This document shows positions 29,159 to 39,271 of a stretch of 64,000 bases of DNA, piece by piece (the first letter of the stretch is position 1; each line of letters begins with the position of its first letter). The notes beneath the pieces were generated by a model. It saw only the letters and a program-made list of their open reading frames with translations. It did no database searches and was not told the origin of the DNA. Source of the DNA: an uncultured Acidimicrobiales bacterium (lineage in GTDB: Bacteria > Actinomycetota > Acidimicrobiia > Acidimicrobiales > SZUA-35). Location of the stretch: the NCBI GenBank assembly GCA_938002965.1, contig CALKZY010000006.1, positions 129,057-193,056 on the forward strand, in the 5' to 3' direction. The position numbers and the translations under genes were made by a program.

Positions 29159-30526
29159 TCAAACTCCTTCAGTTGACAGGAACGACAGCAGATCGGCTCG
29201 GGCAATGACCGTCGTCGGCCGACCGCCATCAAGGACAAGCAACGCAGGCGCGCCGTCCAGCAGTTGAACGGCGAGTTCAACAGACTGGCCGACGCCGATT
29301 GTGGGCATCTTCGGACTCATAACCGACTCAACCGACCGGTCCAATACGGTGCCATCTCCGAAGGCGGCTTCCATGATGCGGAGTTCATCGATGGAACCGC
29401 CAACCTCGGCGGCGGCAAGGGGCATTTCGCCTTTGGCCACCGGTAGCTGCGAAACGTCATGTTTGTGCATGAGGGCCACAGCGTCTCGCACTAAATCCTC
29501 CGGTTGGACGTACACGAGGCTCGGTCTACCTTCGTCTTTGGCCGCCACCACATCTCCGACGGTTGGACCATCAGCGCTGAGAAAGCCGAAACCGGCCATC
29601 CACTCATCGTTGAACACCCTGCTCAAATAGCCTCTACCCGAATCGGGTATGAGCACGACCACAAGATCGTCTGCAGTCAACTCCTCGGCCAATCGCAGCG
29701 CTGCCGCGACCGCGGTCCCACCCGAGCCACCGATGAGCAGACCCTCATCCTGGCTGACCGATCGGGCGGTCATAAACGAATCCCGATCGGACACTGCGAT
29801 GACCTGATCGACAAGGTCGGGATTGTACGTCTCCGGCCAAAAGTCCTCGCCGACACCCTCTACAAGATATGGGCGGCCTGACCCACCTGAATACACCGAT
29901 CCTTCCGGGTCGGCGGCCACGATCTGGACGTCGGGGTTCTGCTCTTTGAGGTAGCGTCCGACGCCAGAGAGTGTTCCTCCCGTTCCCGCGCCGGCGACGA
30001 AATGAGTGATTCGTCCGTCGGTCTGGCGCCAGATCTCCGGACCCGTCGTCTGATAGTGGGCCAACGGGTTGACGGGATTGGCGTATTGATTGGGACGAAA
30101 GGCTCCAGGGGTCTCGTTGACCAATCGTTCGGCGGTCGAATAGTACGAGGCCGGGTCATCGGGCGGCACGGCCACCGGGCAAACAACAACCTCAGCACCG
30201 TAGGCCTTCAGGAGGTCGATCTTCTCGGGCGCGACTTTGTCGGTGAGGACAAAGATGCAGTCGTACCCCCGCTGAGCGGCGACGATGGCCAAACCGACTC
30301 CGGTGTTGCCCGATGTCGGTTCAATGATGGTGCCACCCGGCTGGAGCAGACCACTACGTTCCGCCTCGTCAATCATGGTGAGAGCCGGGCGGTCCTTCGC
30401 ACTACCTCCCGGGTTGGTCATCTCAACCTTGACCACCACGGGACAAGCAAGGCCCTCGCCCACCCTACGTAGGTACACCATCGGCGAATTGCCAATGAGA
30501 TCGATGACCGAATCGGCGATGTCCAT
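29159..30526 (-). CDS. cbs: Cystathionine beta-synthase (PLP domain plus a CBS-pair regulatory domain)
   Basis: LIGNSPMVYL, NPGGSAKDR (PLP Lys), EPTSGNTG and GAGTGGT, followed by tandem CBS domains. The ATG at 30526 follows GGAGAG. The 115-codon upstream extension in the track is rejected. Confidence 0.9.
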   Translation of the reverse strand: MDIADSVIDLIGNSPMVYLRRVGEGLACPVVVKVEMTNPGGSAKDRPALTMIDEAERSGLLQPGGTIIEPTSGNTGVGLAIVAAQRGYDCIFVLTDKVAPEKIDLLKAYGAEVVVCPVAVPPDDPASYYSTAERLVNETPGAFRPNQYANPVNPLAHYQTTGPEIWRQTDGRITHFVAGAGTGGTLSGVGRYLKEQNPDVQIVAADPEGSVYSGGSGRPYLVEGVGEDFWPETYNPDLVDQVIAVSDRDSFMTARSVSQDEGLLIGGSGGTAVAAALRLAEELTADDLVVVLIPDSGRGYLSRVFNDEWMAGFGFLSADGPTVGDVVAAKDEGRPSLVYVQPEDLVRDAVALMHKHDVSQLPVAKGEMPLAAAEVGGSIDELRIMEAAFGDGTVLDRSVESVMSPKMPTIGVGQSVELAVQLLDGAPALLVLDGGRPTTVIARADLLSFLSTEGV

Positions 30527-30665
30527 TGTCTCTCCGAGCTGAAATCGGGAACGGTTCGGGCCGACGTTGTCAATGGTCAGAGACGGCGGACAGATGGGCC
30601 ACCGCCGACAGACCTCGGCCATGCCAGCCAATGAGCGCCCAACAGGAGGCGCCTGCGCAGCCAGC

Positions 30666-33176
30666 CTACAGCGCGGAGTCGCCGACGGTTGGCTGGCTTG
30701 AATCGTCCGTGAGATCCAGCGCAGTCTGGCCGGGTCGGCCAGTGGTGACATCGATGACTTCCAGCGGGAACGTCCCGGTCTCAACCAGTTCAGCGAACAC
30801 AAACCGTCCGTCCCCAGCGGGGGCGAGCCACACCACCATCGACTTGCGTTCGGGGCGTCGGACGCCCACAACCTTCCCTTTGTCGGTCACCAACTTCCGC
30901 TCCGGGTGGTCTACCGTCATCGACACCGATGGGCATCGGCCGTCGCGAACCAGCTCGACCCGCCTGACCAGCGGACGGTCACCGGCGACTCGCAGACCGG
31001 CATCGCGCATCCGCGCCTGCCGGAGCTTCAGCTCATCAAAAATCGGCGTTCCGTCAAGAGCGATCTCTTCTTCACGATGTGACTCTGGTTCGCTCTGAAT
31101 TCGAAAATCGGTGTCCACCAGTGCGGCGGCAACATCGGTCCATCGCGAACGGACATTGTGCTGCTCAAGGGAAGCCGATAGTGACGTTGACGGCCGATCA
31201 GGGTGAAGCGCCGATCTGAACGGTCGAACCAAGCGATGGAAGACAGCGCCTTGGCCGAGGAGAGCCGGACCAAGAATAACCATCCCGGCAAGGCCGACAA
31301 CAGTGAGAACCAGGGCCAATCCCGTGCCGAAGCGGCCGGTGCCTGTGCCTGAACCTGCTAAGGCAGCAAGCGCCATGAACACCGAGAACACCACCGAAGC
31401 TGCGCCAACGACCACCACGCCATCGCCGGGATCAACCTCGCTTCGCTGCCCGACAAAGCCGAGGGCCCAGAGTAGAAAGAGCAGATTCGATAACACCAGC
31501 ACCGACAGAAGCTCGCCTGCCGCGACCTGTCCTGCCGCGATCCGATAGAGACCAACCGAAGCCGATCCGAGAATCATCACCAGAACGACAACCGTCGCCG
31601 CGTATGGTCGGTCCTGGGAACGCAGGAACGTCACCAGACCCGACATCACAGCCAACAGCGCAAGCGTCACCAGCGTCAGACTTCCCGAGCCGCGACTAGT
31701 CAATTCAGCCAGCGCCGGGCTACTCACCGAGAGGCCGTCGAACGAACGCACATCATCCAGCAGTTCCGCGCCTTCCGTGCTGGCAAGCGACACCGAAGGC
31801 ACGATGATGGCCGAACGGCTGAGATCCTCGGGATCCCAACCTTGTCGGCCCAACACACTCGGCGACAGCAATGAAACACCGTCAACCGCCGGTTGAACGT
31901 CAGCCGCAATGTGCCTCATGGTCGCAGTGTCCACCCAGGCCACAGACGTCAACGGCACGACGGTGGCCGCGATGTCATCGATGGTGGCCGCTGACGACTC
32001 ATCCAAGGTAACGACCAAGCCCTCCGTTGGGTTGCCCGCACCAAGGTCGAACAGGTCATCTGCCACCCCGCCGTCAACATCGGCGAGGGCCAGCTGGCGA
32101 CTCGGTTGCCCGAAGGCAAAGACGGCAAGAAGAACGAGGAAGGCGACTGCAGCCAGAACTGCGCTCGGAGTCGCCGGCACCGTACGTAGGCCGTCAAGCA
32201 TGGCACGCACTGTCGGTACGGGGTTGCGTGGGCGCGTGAGGTGGGCCCCCAGAACACCGACGGTCAGCCCCGACGCCATCACAGAACCAGTTAGCACCAC
32301 AGCCACAAGCAAGCCGATGGCCACCGACCAGACCGGGTGTGAGATCAAACCAAAGACGGACAGGATCGAGCCGACAGCCAGCAGGCCAAGCCCGACCATA
32401 GCGATGTCGGTACAGCTTGAAACCACCGAACGTTGGATCATCTCGGCACCGTCTTCCCCATCCGGGGATCGGAACCAGATATACATCCGCCAGCAGACGA
32501 GACAAGCAGTGATCAACGCAGCCAAAGCGCTGACGACCTCAGTGGAGGCGATGGTGCCGTCGTAGGGTCCGTTGACCTGCCGGGCCACTGATGGCCCAAG
32601 CACTGTCGAGCCAGCCAGTGTGGCCATTGTCAACGCTCCGACCAACCAATGGACACGAAGGGCTGCGACGACACCGACGACCACTGCTAGGACCACTAGC
32701 AACATGACAGCTGGCTCGTAGGACGTTCGGAGACCTTCCTCGATCATCAAACGGCCGGAGACATCAACCGAGCCCAATTCGACATCTTCGAATCCGGCCA
32801 GCGTCGACTCGACGTCGCCGACAATCCGATCCAGTGACCGGCGCTGCACTGAGGCATCGTCGGTGCCGAGATAGAATGCGGTCAGGTCTCCTGCCAGCCA
32901 GTCAACCGAACTGGTGGTGACACCCGGAATGCTCTCAAGTTCATTTCGGGCCACAGCCAGCCACTCGTCTTCGACCGAGCTGGCCACGTTGACTGTGGCG
33001 ACCAGGTCCGGCACAACGTCACCAGCTGACTCCGAAATGTCGGGGTTCGGATCAACCGATCCGAACAAAAGGGCTCCCCAGCCCAGCAAGGTCACAATCA
33101 GAGCCGCGACAAGCGAAAGTTTTCCTGCGGACTGACCGGTAAACCACCCGCTGATCGATCGCCTCCAGGAAGACAT
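30666..33176 (-). CDS. MMPL/RND-superfamily-like integral membrane protein with an extra C-terminal soluble domain of about 190 aa
   Basis: Twofold architecture (TM, large extracytoplasmic loop, about 5 TM; repeated). The C-terminal 190 aa has no TM and no family I can name. Confidence 0.55.
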   Translation of the reverse strand: MSSWRRSISGWFTGQSAGKLSLVAALIVTLLGWGALLFGSVDPNPDISESAGDVVPDLVATVNVASSVEDEWLAVARNELESIPGVTTSSVDWLAGDLTAFYLGTDDASVQRRSLDRIVGDVESTLAGFEDVELGSVDVSGRLMIEEGLRTSYEPAVMLLVVLAVVVGVVAALRVHWLVGALTMATLAGSTVLGPSVARQVNGPYDGTIASTEVVSALAALITACLVCWRMYIWFRSPDGEDGAEMIQRSVVSSCTDIAMVGLGLLAVGSILSVFGLISHPVWSVAIGLLVAVVLTGSVMASGLTVGVLGAHLTRPRNPVPTVRAMLDGLRTVPATPSAVLAAVAFLVLLAVFAFGQPSRQLALADVDGGVADDLFDLGAGNPTEGLVVTLDESSAATIDDIAATVVPLTSVAWVDTATMRHIAADVQPAVDGVSLLSPSVLGRQGWDPEDLSRSAIIVPSVSLASTEGAELLDDVRSFDGLSVSSPALAELTSRGSGSLTLVTLALLAVMSGLVTFLRSQDRPYAATVVVLVMILGSASVGLYRIAAGQVAAGELLSVLVLSNLLFLLWALGFVGQRSEVDPGDGVVVVGAASVVFSVFMALAALAGSGTGTGRFGTGLALVLTVVGLAGMVILGPALLGQGAVFHRLVRPFRSALHPDRPSTSLSASLEQHNVRSRWTDVAAALVDTDFRIQSEPESHREEEIALDGTPIFDELKLRQARMRDAGLRVAGDRPLVRRVELVRDGRCPSVSMTVDHPERKLVTDKGKVVGVRRPERKSMVVWLAPAGDGRFVFAELVETGTFPLEVIDVTTGRPGQTALDLTDDSSQPTVGDSAL

Positions 33177-33290
33177 CCTGATTCAGGGTAGCGGTCGACA
33201 CCTACCAGATCACTTCGCTTCGGTTAGGTTGCGGCAAACCTCTCGAGGCCGCGCACCCCTATCGGCCCACGTAGAAGCGATGAATGGGCC

Positions 33291-33713
33291 TTACGGCCTA
33301 TCACCCGGGAGTTGCTCCTCCACCGGATCCGCAACGTGGTAGTCACCGTGTTCGTTCATGAACAGCGCCACAGTCGTTGTCAGCCCAGTCGGAGGATTCA
33401 GAGAACCGGCGCAGATTGAAAGCAAACCGGGCCGAGAGGACGTCCGCCAAAACAAGCTTGCACCGCACGTCGAGCAGAAGCCGTATTCAACGTCGGGGGC
33501 GGACTCGAACCACCTCAGCGAGTCACCCGCGAGGAACTCGATGTCAGGCGGCGCGACGGCGGTAGCGGCCATGTGATGGCCGGTAAAGCGACGGCACGGC
33601 TCACAGTGACAGTTACTGACGGACCGAAGTTCTCCCATGATGGCGAATGACACGCCCCCACACAGACAACCACCTTGGGTCGGCGGGCCGGTATCGGCGG
33701 CCTCAACAGCCAT
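33291..33713 (-). CDS. GFA-family (glutathione-dependent formaldehyde-activating / CENP-V-like) zinc protein
   Basis: Cys pattern CLCGGV...CHCEPCRR...CSTCG, typical of the GFA family. Confidence 0.8.
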   Translation of the reverse strand: MAVEAADTGPPTQGGCLCGGVSFAIMGELRSVSNCHCEPCRRFTGHHMAATAVAPPDIEFLAGDSLRWFESAPDVEYGFCSTCGASLFWRTSSRPGLLSICAGSLNPPTGLTTTVALFMNEHGDYHVADPVEEQLPGDRP

Positions 33714-33835
33714 CGCAACTACACCCGAACCACATCTTGAATCCTGCTCTCACCGGCAAAACAGTACCTGGCGGTAGCCACCGGACAAACTCCCAGGATT
33801 CCCTCGAAGCGCCAGGTAGCCGTAGTCTGTTGCCG

Positions 33836-35317
33836 GTGAGCAGTCTTCAAGGTTCGACACCGGTAATCGTTGGCGTGGCTCAGGTCCTCCAGCGACCTGA
33901 AGACCTGGGCCAGGCCAAAGAGCCGGTCCGGTTGATGGTCGAGGCCGTCAAACAAGCACAAGCAGATGCCGGCAATCCGAACCTGCTCCGCAGCGCCGAT
34001 CTGATCGCCGTGGTTGCAGGTGCCTGGCGATACACCGATCCTGCCCGGCTCATCGCCGAAGACCTGTCGATTACAAGCGCATCAACTGCTCTCACCACCA
34101 TGGGTGGCCAGGCGCCGATGGCGGCCCTCGGTTATGTGGCGCAAGAGATCCAAGCTGGCCGCCTGAGCTGTGCCGTACTCACCGGCGGCGAAACGATCTG
34201 GAGCCGCAGACGGCTTCGTCGAGCTGGCCACAAGATGAGCACCATCCAACAAACCAATGCCACCCCCGAGCGAACGATCGGCCGACCGTTCTCGATGAGC
34301 TCAGAGTTCGAGCAACAGCGGAACATTAGCGAACCCATCGTGGCATACCCGTTGTTCGAATCAGCGCTTCGCTATCGAAACGGCGAGTCAATGGCCGCCC
34401 ATAGACAGCGAATCAGCAAATTGTGGGCCCGCTTCAACAAGGTGGCAGGCGACAACCCCTATGCCTGGTCCCCACAGCAGCTCACGGCCGAGCAGATACG
34501 ACAGGAAACCGCTACCAACAGAATGGTCGGCTTTCCCTACACCAAAGCAATGAACTCCAATTGGGACCTCGACCAGGCAAGTGCGGCAATCATCACATCA
34601 GCCGAACTGGCAGCGGCCGCAGGCATAGATCGAGACAACTGGATCTCTCCCCACGCCAGCGCCGAAGCCAACGACACCGCACTATTGTCCAACCGCCGCG
34701 ACTTCCACTCTTCCCCCGCCATAGAGGCGGCAGGTAAGGCGTTGCTCACCACCACGTCGACAGCGGTCGAGCAACTCTCCGACATCGACTTGTATTCGTG
34801 TTTTCCCTCAGCGGTACAAATCTCGGCTGCCGAACTTGATATCTACCTGGACCAACAGCTGACCGTCACGGGTGGTCTGGCCTTCGCTGGAGGACCCCTA
34901 AACAATTATGTGGGCCACTCGATCGCCGCCATGGCCACGAAGCTCCGCCAAAGACCCAAACAGTCTGTCGGCCTAGTCACGGGCAATGGCGGATTCATCA
35001 CCAAACATGCACTCGGTCTCCTGGGCAACACTCCGCCGGAACATTCGTATGTCCGACTCGACGCTCAAGAGAAAGCCGACGCCATCGAAACCGTCGACAG
35101 CGATCCGGACTACGTCGGTACGGTCAAAATCGAGGCCTACACAGTGCTTCACGAAAAAGACGGCGCCCGCCAAGGCCGCTGCTCAGTCAGAACCCCCGGC
35201 GGCGCACGAACATGGGCTCTGATCGACCGTGAAGACCTGATCGACGAGTTGCTCTCAGTCGAAGGCATCGGCCGCCAAGGCAGCCTCGACGACACCGGTC
35301 AACTGCAACTCGACTGA
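33836..35317 (+). CDS. Thiolase-like (acetyl-CoA acetyltransferase superfamily) protein
   Basis: VIVGVAQV..., MVEAVKQAQADAG, GGETIWS, DLYSCFPSAVQ and GGLAFAGGPLNNY resemble the thiolase fold. The start is uncertain (GTG 33836 or TTG 33830). The upstream ORF portion overlaps the divergent GFA gene. Confidence 0.65.
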   Translation: MSSLQGSTPVIVGVAQVLQRPEDLGQAKEPVRLMVEAVKQAQADAGNPNLLRSADLIAVVAGAWRYTDPARLIAEDLSITSASTALTTMGGQAPMAALGYVAQEIQAGRLSCAVLTGGETIWSRRRLRRAGHKMSTIQQTNATPERTIGRPFSMSSEFEQQRNISEPIVAYPLFESALRYRNGESMAAHRQRISKLWARFNKVAGDNPYAWSPQQLTAEQIRQETATNRMVGFPYTKAMNSNWDLDQASAAIITSAELAAAAGIDRDNWISPHASAEANDTALLSNRRDFHSSPAIEAAGKALLTTTSTAVEQLSDIDLYSCFPSAVQISAAELDIYLDQQLTVTGGLAFAGGPLNNYVGHSIAAMATKLRQRPKQSVGLVTGNGGFITKHALGLLGNTPPEHSYVRLDAQEKADAIETVDSDPDYVGTVKIEAYTVLHEKDGARQGRCSVRTPGGARTWALIDREDLIDELLSVEGIGRQGSLDDTGQLQLD

Positions 35318-35368
35318 CCTAGCCCCGATCAGCCCCCAAGGCACCTCCGGCACGAGTAGTCTGGGATT

Positions 35369-36760
35369 GTGTCAGCCGCTCCTCAACTCATCGTAGTTGC
35401 CAACCGTCTTCCCGTTCGGCGGGTCGAGCGTGACGATGGAACTAGCGAATGGGTCACCAGCCCAGGAGGCCTCGTTTCGGCGCTTTCGCCTGCGCTGGCA
35501 CAGTCCGACAACCCTTCGTGGGTGGGTTGGACCGGCGATCGGACGCATCAGGTTCAAGAACCGTTCGCCGTTGATGGCATCAACCTGATCCCTATTCCGG
35601 TGACTCCAGTTGAGTTGGACGCCCACTACAACGGCATGTCCAACGGCACTCTCTGGCCGCTCTACCACGACAAAGTCGGACCGGTTGAGTTCCACCGTAC
35701 GTGGTATGAGGGCTACCGGACCGTAAACAAGCGGTTTGCCGAGTCGGTGGCCAAGTCGGCGAAACCAGGGGCCGTGGTCTGGGTCCAGGACTACCAACTT
35801 CAGCTCGTCCCCGGTTATCTGAAGGAACTGCGCCCGGATCTCCAAATCGGCTTCTTCCTCCACATCCCGTTTCCCCCGGCCGAGCTGTTCAACCAGCTGC
35901 CGTGGCGAGACGCGCTCGTTTCGGGGATTCTCGGTAGCGACCTGGTCGGCTTCCAGACCCCAAGAAGTGCAGCCAACTTTCGACGAGTCGCCGAGTTCCT
36001 CGGCAAGGGCACGATTGACAACGACGACTTAATCGTCGATGGCCGACGTGTCCGACTGAGCTCCTATCCGATCGGAATCGACTTTCACCGATACGAAGCA
36101 GCCGGAGTCGACCACGCCACCTCAGAGCGCAGTCGGGATTTACGGGCCCAGCTTGGCAATCCCCGCACGGTGATACTGGGTGTCGATCGCCTCGACTACA
36201 CAAAGGGCATCGACGTCCGCCTTCGAGCCTTCAAGGAGCTATTGGCCGACGGCGTGCTCCACCCGTCTCAAGTCACCATGGTGCAGGTCGCAGACCCATC
36301 ACGCGACAACGTAGACGCCTACATTGATCTACGAGGTCGGGTCGAACGGCTGGTGGGGGAAATCAACGGTGACTACGGCCGTGTTGGTGTCCCGGTGGTT
36401 CACTACATTCACCAGACACAGAATTTTGATGCCCTTCTGGCGTTGTACCGCACCGCAGACATCATGTTGGTGACCCCGTTCGCCGACGGAATGAACCTCG
36501 TGGCCAAGGAGTATGTGGCCACCCGCTACGACGAGTCCGGGGCACTGGTGCTTTCCGAGTTCGCTGGTGCCGCCCATCAGCTGACCGAAGCCCTTACGGT
36601 CAACCCCTACGACGTCGACGGTCTAAAGTCAGCTATCGCCGAAGCCGTCAGAATGACACCTGAGGAACAGCGTCAGCGCATGCGCGACATGCGCAAAGAG
36701 GTCGAGGCCACCGACGTGAGAACCTGGGCCGCCGACTTCCTGGCCGATCTCCGCCCGTAA
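35369..36760 (+). CDS. otsA: Alpha,alpha-trehalose-phosphate synthase (GT20)
   Basis: LIVVANRLPV, WVGW, NGTLWPLYH, WVQDYQL, FLHIPFP, LGVDRLDYTKGI and DGMNLVAKEY, all classic OtsA blocks. GTG start. Confidence 0.9.
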   Translation: MSAAPQLIVVANRLPVRRVERDDGTSEWVTSPGGLVSALSPALAQSDNPSWVGWTGDRTHQVQEPFAVDGINLIPIPVTPVELDAHYNGMSNGTLWPLYHDKVGPVEFHRTWYEGYRTVNKRFAESVAKSAKPGAVVWVQDYQLQLVPGYLKELRPDLQIGFFLHIPFPPAELFNQLPWRDALVSGILGSDLVGFQTPRSAANFRRVAEFLGKGTIDNDDLIVDGRRVRLSSYPIGIDFHRYEAAGVDHATSERSRDLRAQLGNPRTVILGVDRLDYTKGIDVRLRAFKELLADGVLHPSQVTMVQVADPSRDNVDAYIDLRGRVERLVGEINGDYGRVGVPVVHYIHQTQNFDALLALYRTADIMLVTPFADGMNLVAKEYVATRYDESGALVLSEFAGAAHQLTEALTVNPYDVDGLKSAIAEAVRMTPEEQRQRMRDMRKEVEATDVRTWAADFLADLRP

Positions 36761-36777
36761 CCTCACGCCCCGACCCG

Positions 36778-37836
36778 CTAGGCCAACGCGGGGCTGAACA
36801 GCACCTTCGGACGGTTAGCAACCGCGGTGGACCGTTGGTCGAGTGGCTCAGCAAGTTGTTCGAAAACATCTGCAAGGTCGGAGAATCCAACGGTATGGCT
36901 CGTTAGTTCATCGACCCGATAACGTTCGTCGGCCATCAGGTCCAAAGCCCGATGAACGTCAGCCACTGAATACCCCAACGAACCGATGACCGTGAGCTCG
37001 CGACGCAACATCTGATCAACCGAAATCACCGCCTCACCTGCACTGAATCCGACCAGTAGCACGGTGGCACCGGCCCGGGCAGCGTTCACCCCGGTGGCCA
37101 GTGCCGCCGAGCCACCGGCGCAATCGAACACCAAATCAGCACCCAGGCCATGTCCTTGAACAGCCAGCCAACGGTTCACATCGTCACCGGGGGCGAACGC
37201 CGCGTCGGCGCCGAGAGCGCATGCCAATTCTCGACGTGATTCTTCGGTGTCTACGGCCACAACTCGGCTCGCTCCGGCTAGCCGAGCCAGTTCAGCCACG
37301 AGCAGTCCAATAGTTCCGGTTCCAATCACCATGACGACATCGCCGAGTGACGGCTGCGCTCGTCTCACGGCGTGAGCCGCAACCGCCGCCGGTTCCGCCA
37401 ACGCCCCCATTGGGCCATCGACTCCCTCAGGCAGACGATGGACTCGCCGGCTGTCGACCCGAATTTGCTCGGCGAAAGCCCCGTGAGCGACCGCCATGGG
37501 ATCGGTACCCACGATCATCGACAACACCAGCTGACAGATGGAACCGATACCGCTGCGACACGGCCGACAGGCTCCGCATGGGGCGGGCACCCCACCGACG
37601 ACTCGTTCACCTTCAAACCGTTCAGCTGAGCCCTCACCTACAGCTACCACACGACCGACCCACTCATGGCCAAACCAAGCAGGGGCCGGCAGGTGGCCGG
37701 TCTGCCAGGCCACAACATCTGATCCACTAAGTCCGCAGCGTTCGACCTCAACCACAACCGAGCCGGGCAACAACTCGGGGCTCGGCACATCGTCGACGTC
37801 GACCTGGCCACGGGCGGTGAGAATAGCGGCCCGCAT
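36778..37836 (-). CDS. Zinc-dependent medium-chain alcohol dehydrogenase/reductase
   Basis: GHEWVG zinc motif, structural-zinc Cys cluster (CGACRPCRSG) and the GTGTIGLL Rossmann motif. Confidence 0.8.
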   Translation of the reverse strand: MRAAILTARGQVDVDDVPSPELLPGSVVVEVERCGLSGSDVVAWQTGHLPAPAWFGHEWVGRVVAVGEGSAERFEGERVVGGVPAPCGACRPCRSGIGSICQLVLSMIVGTDPMAVAHGAFAEQIRVDSRRVHRLPEGVDGPMGALAEPAAVAAHAVRRAQPSLGDVVMVIGTGTIGLLVAELARLAGASRVVAVDTEESRRELACALGADAAFAPGDDVNRWLAVQGHGLGADLVFDCAGGSAALATGVNAARAGATVLLVGFSAGEAVISVDQMLRRELTVIGSLGYSVADVHRALDLMADERYRVDELTSHTVGFSDLADVFEQLAEPLDQRSTAVANRPKVLFSPALA

Positions 37837-37838
37837 GG

Positions 37839-39182
37839 TCAGCCGCCCCCTGGCGTTGACCGCAACTCGTCCAACACCTCAAAGAACTGAGGAAACGTTT
37901 TGGCCACGCAGCCAGGATCGGCGATGACAATCCCAGGATTCTGCAGCCCGAGTATGGCGAAACTCATCGCCATCCGGTGGTCGTCATAGGTTTCAATCGT
38001 TGTCGGCCGAGGCGGGCCCGGGCTGATAGTGAGCCCATCATCGGTCTGGCGGCAGTCAATTCCCAACCTCTGCAATTCTGTCGCCGTGGCGGCCAGGCGG
38101 TCGGTTTCCTTGTTTCGGATAAATCCGACTCCGGTAATGGTTGTTGCCGTCGTGGCCTGAGATGCGACCACAGCCAGCGTCTGGACCGTGTCGGAGATAT
38201 CGGACATATCAATGTCAATACCCCGGAGCGGCCCTACCCGTCGGACCTCGGTGTAGTCGTCGCCAACCTGGACATCACAACCCATTTGCTCTAACGCGTA
38301 AACAAACCTGAGATCACCCTGAACAGTTGAACGACCTAGACCCGCCACGCGAATCCGGCCACCGGCCAGCGCGGCGGCGCCAAAGAAATAGGAGGCGGCC
38401 GAGGCATCCGGCTCAATGTTGACCTGTGACGGTTGATAGCCCGACTCAGGAACAACAAACCGTCGTAGGCCGGAGCCGCAATCGACGGTAACCCCAAAGT
38501 CGGCCATCGTGGCCAGCGTCAGCTCCACATACGGCTTGGATACCAATGAGCTTGATACCGAAATCTCCGTTGGCCCCGAAGCCAGAGGAGCAGCCAACAG
38601 CAGGCCCGAAAGGAACTGGCTGGAGATATCGCCCGATACCTCCACCTTCCCACCGGGCATAGTTCGCCCGGTAATGGCCAGCGGCAGTTGCTCTCCGTCG
38701 ACGACAGCGCCGAGCGAACGGAGAGATCGCAACTGGGGCCCGAATGGCCGACTCCGAAGTTGTGGGTCGCCGTCGAGAACGAAGTCGCCTTCCAGCCCGG
38801 CCAGAACTGCCAGCAGAAACCGCCCGGTTGTGCCCGACTGGCGAACGTTGACCGTCCGTGGACTTTCTGCGTCCCCTGGATGTGATCCGCCAGCTTTTCG
38901 ACCAACAACGACTGCGCCCGGGCCAAGGTGGTCTTCGAAACGCTCAACCTCAGCACCCAATTCGACCACCGCTGACATCATGGCCTCCGTGTCATCGGCC
39001 AGGAGAACTCCGTGCAGCCTGGAGCGACCGCCAGTGAGTGCAGCACAAACCAAAGCCCGATTGGTATGTGACTTCGATCCGGGAACGCGGACAGCGGCGT
39101 CAATTGGCCCGTTCATAGGAACGATGGACAGCTCGGAGACCGTGGGGCTGGAGTTCACCAGGTCAACGGTAGTCAGATCCAA
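37839..39182 (-). CDS. aroA: 3-phosphoshikimate 1-carboxyvinyltransferase (EPSP synthase)
   Basis: VPGSKSHTNRAL, RPFGP.L..L..LG, LAGGR, DHRMAMSFA.LG. Confidence 0.9.
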   Translation of the reverse strand: MDLTTVDLVNSSPTVSELSIVPMNGPIDAAVRVPGSKSHTNRALVCAALTGGRSRLHGVLLADDTEAMMSAVVELGAEVERFEDHLGPGAVVVGRKAGGSHPGDAESPRTVNVRQSGTTGRFLLAVLAGLEGDFVLDGDPQLRSRPFGPQLRSLRSLGAVVDGEQLPLAITGRTMPGGKVEVSGDISSQFLSGLLLAAPLASGPTEISVSSSLVSKPYVELTLATMADFGVTVDCGSGLRRFVVPESGYQPSQVNIEPDASAASYFFGAAALAGGRIRVAGLGRSTVQGDLRFVYALEQMGCDVQVGDDYTEVRRVGPLRGIDIDMSDISDTVQTLAVVASQATTATTITGVGFIRNKETDRLAATATELQRLGIDCRQTDDGLTISPGPPRPTTIETYDDHRMAMSFAILGLQNPGIVIADPGCVAKTFPQFFEVLDELRSTPGGG

Positions 39183-39271
39183 GACAAGCGACGCGCAATT
39201 GGGTGAGCATCCACCCCACCGTCAAGGCTGCACCGCCAGCCTTTGATGGGCTTATCAGTCACAGCGGGCGT

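Noticed and set aside
30527-30665. Possible SAM or SAH riboswitch in the cbs leader
   Set aside because: Only a generic GC hairpin was found. The conserved SAM-I/SAM-IV junction sequences were not seen.
29159-30871. Long N-terminal extensions in the ORF track (also at 26137-26994, 25470-25976, 16449-18071, 27982-29280, 56236-56907, 51049-52929 and 33647-35317)
   Set aside because: The extensions are Arg/Pro/Cys/Trp-rich, overlap neighbouring genes or promoters, and precede internal ATG/GTG codons. Those internal codons have Shine-Dalgarno-like sequences that begin the conserved domain, so the internal starts were used.
33480-33560. A tRNA-like T-arm on the minus strand (GGTGG-TTCGAGT-CCGCC followed by CCCGACG)
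   Set aside because: It lies in frame inside the GFA-family CDS (encoding RWFESAPDVEY). The best complementary 5' acceptor candidate (CGTCGCG) is only ~68 nt upstream with a mismatch. No D-arm or anticodon arm could be drawn, and there is no CCA. I judge it a coincidence of coding sequence.
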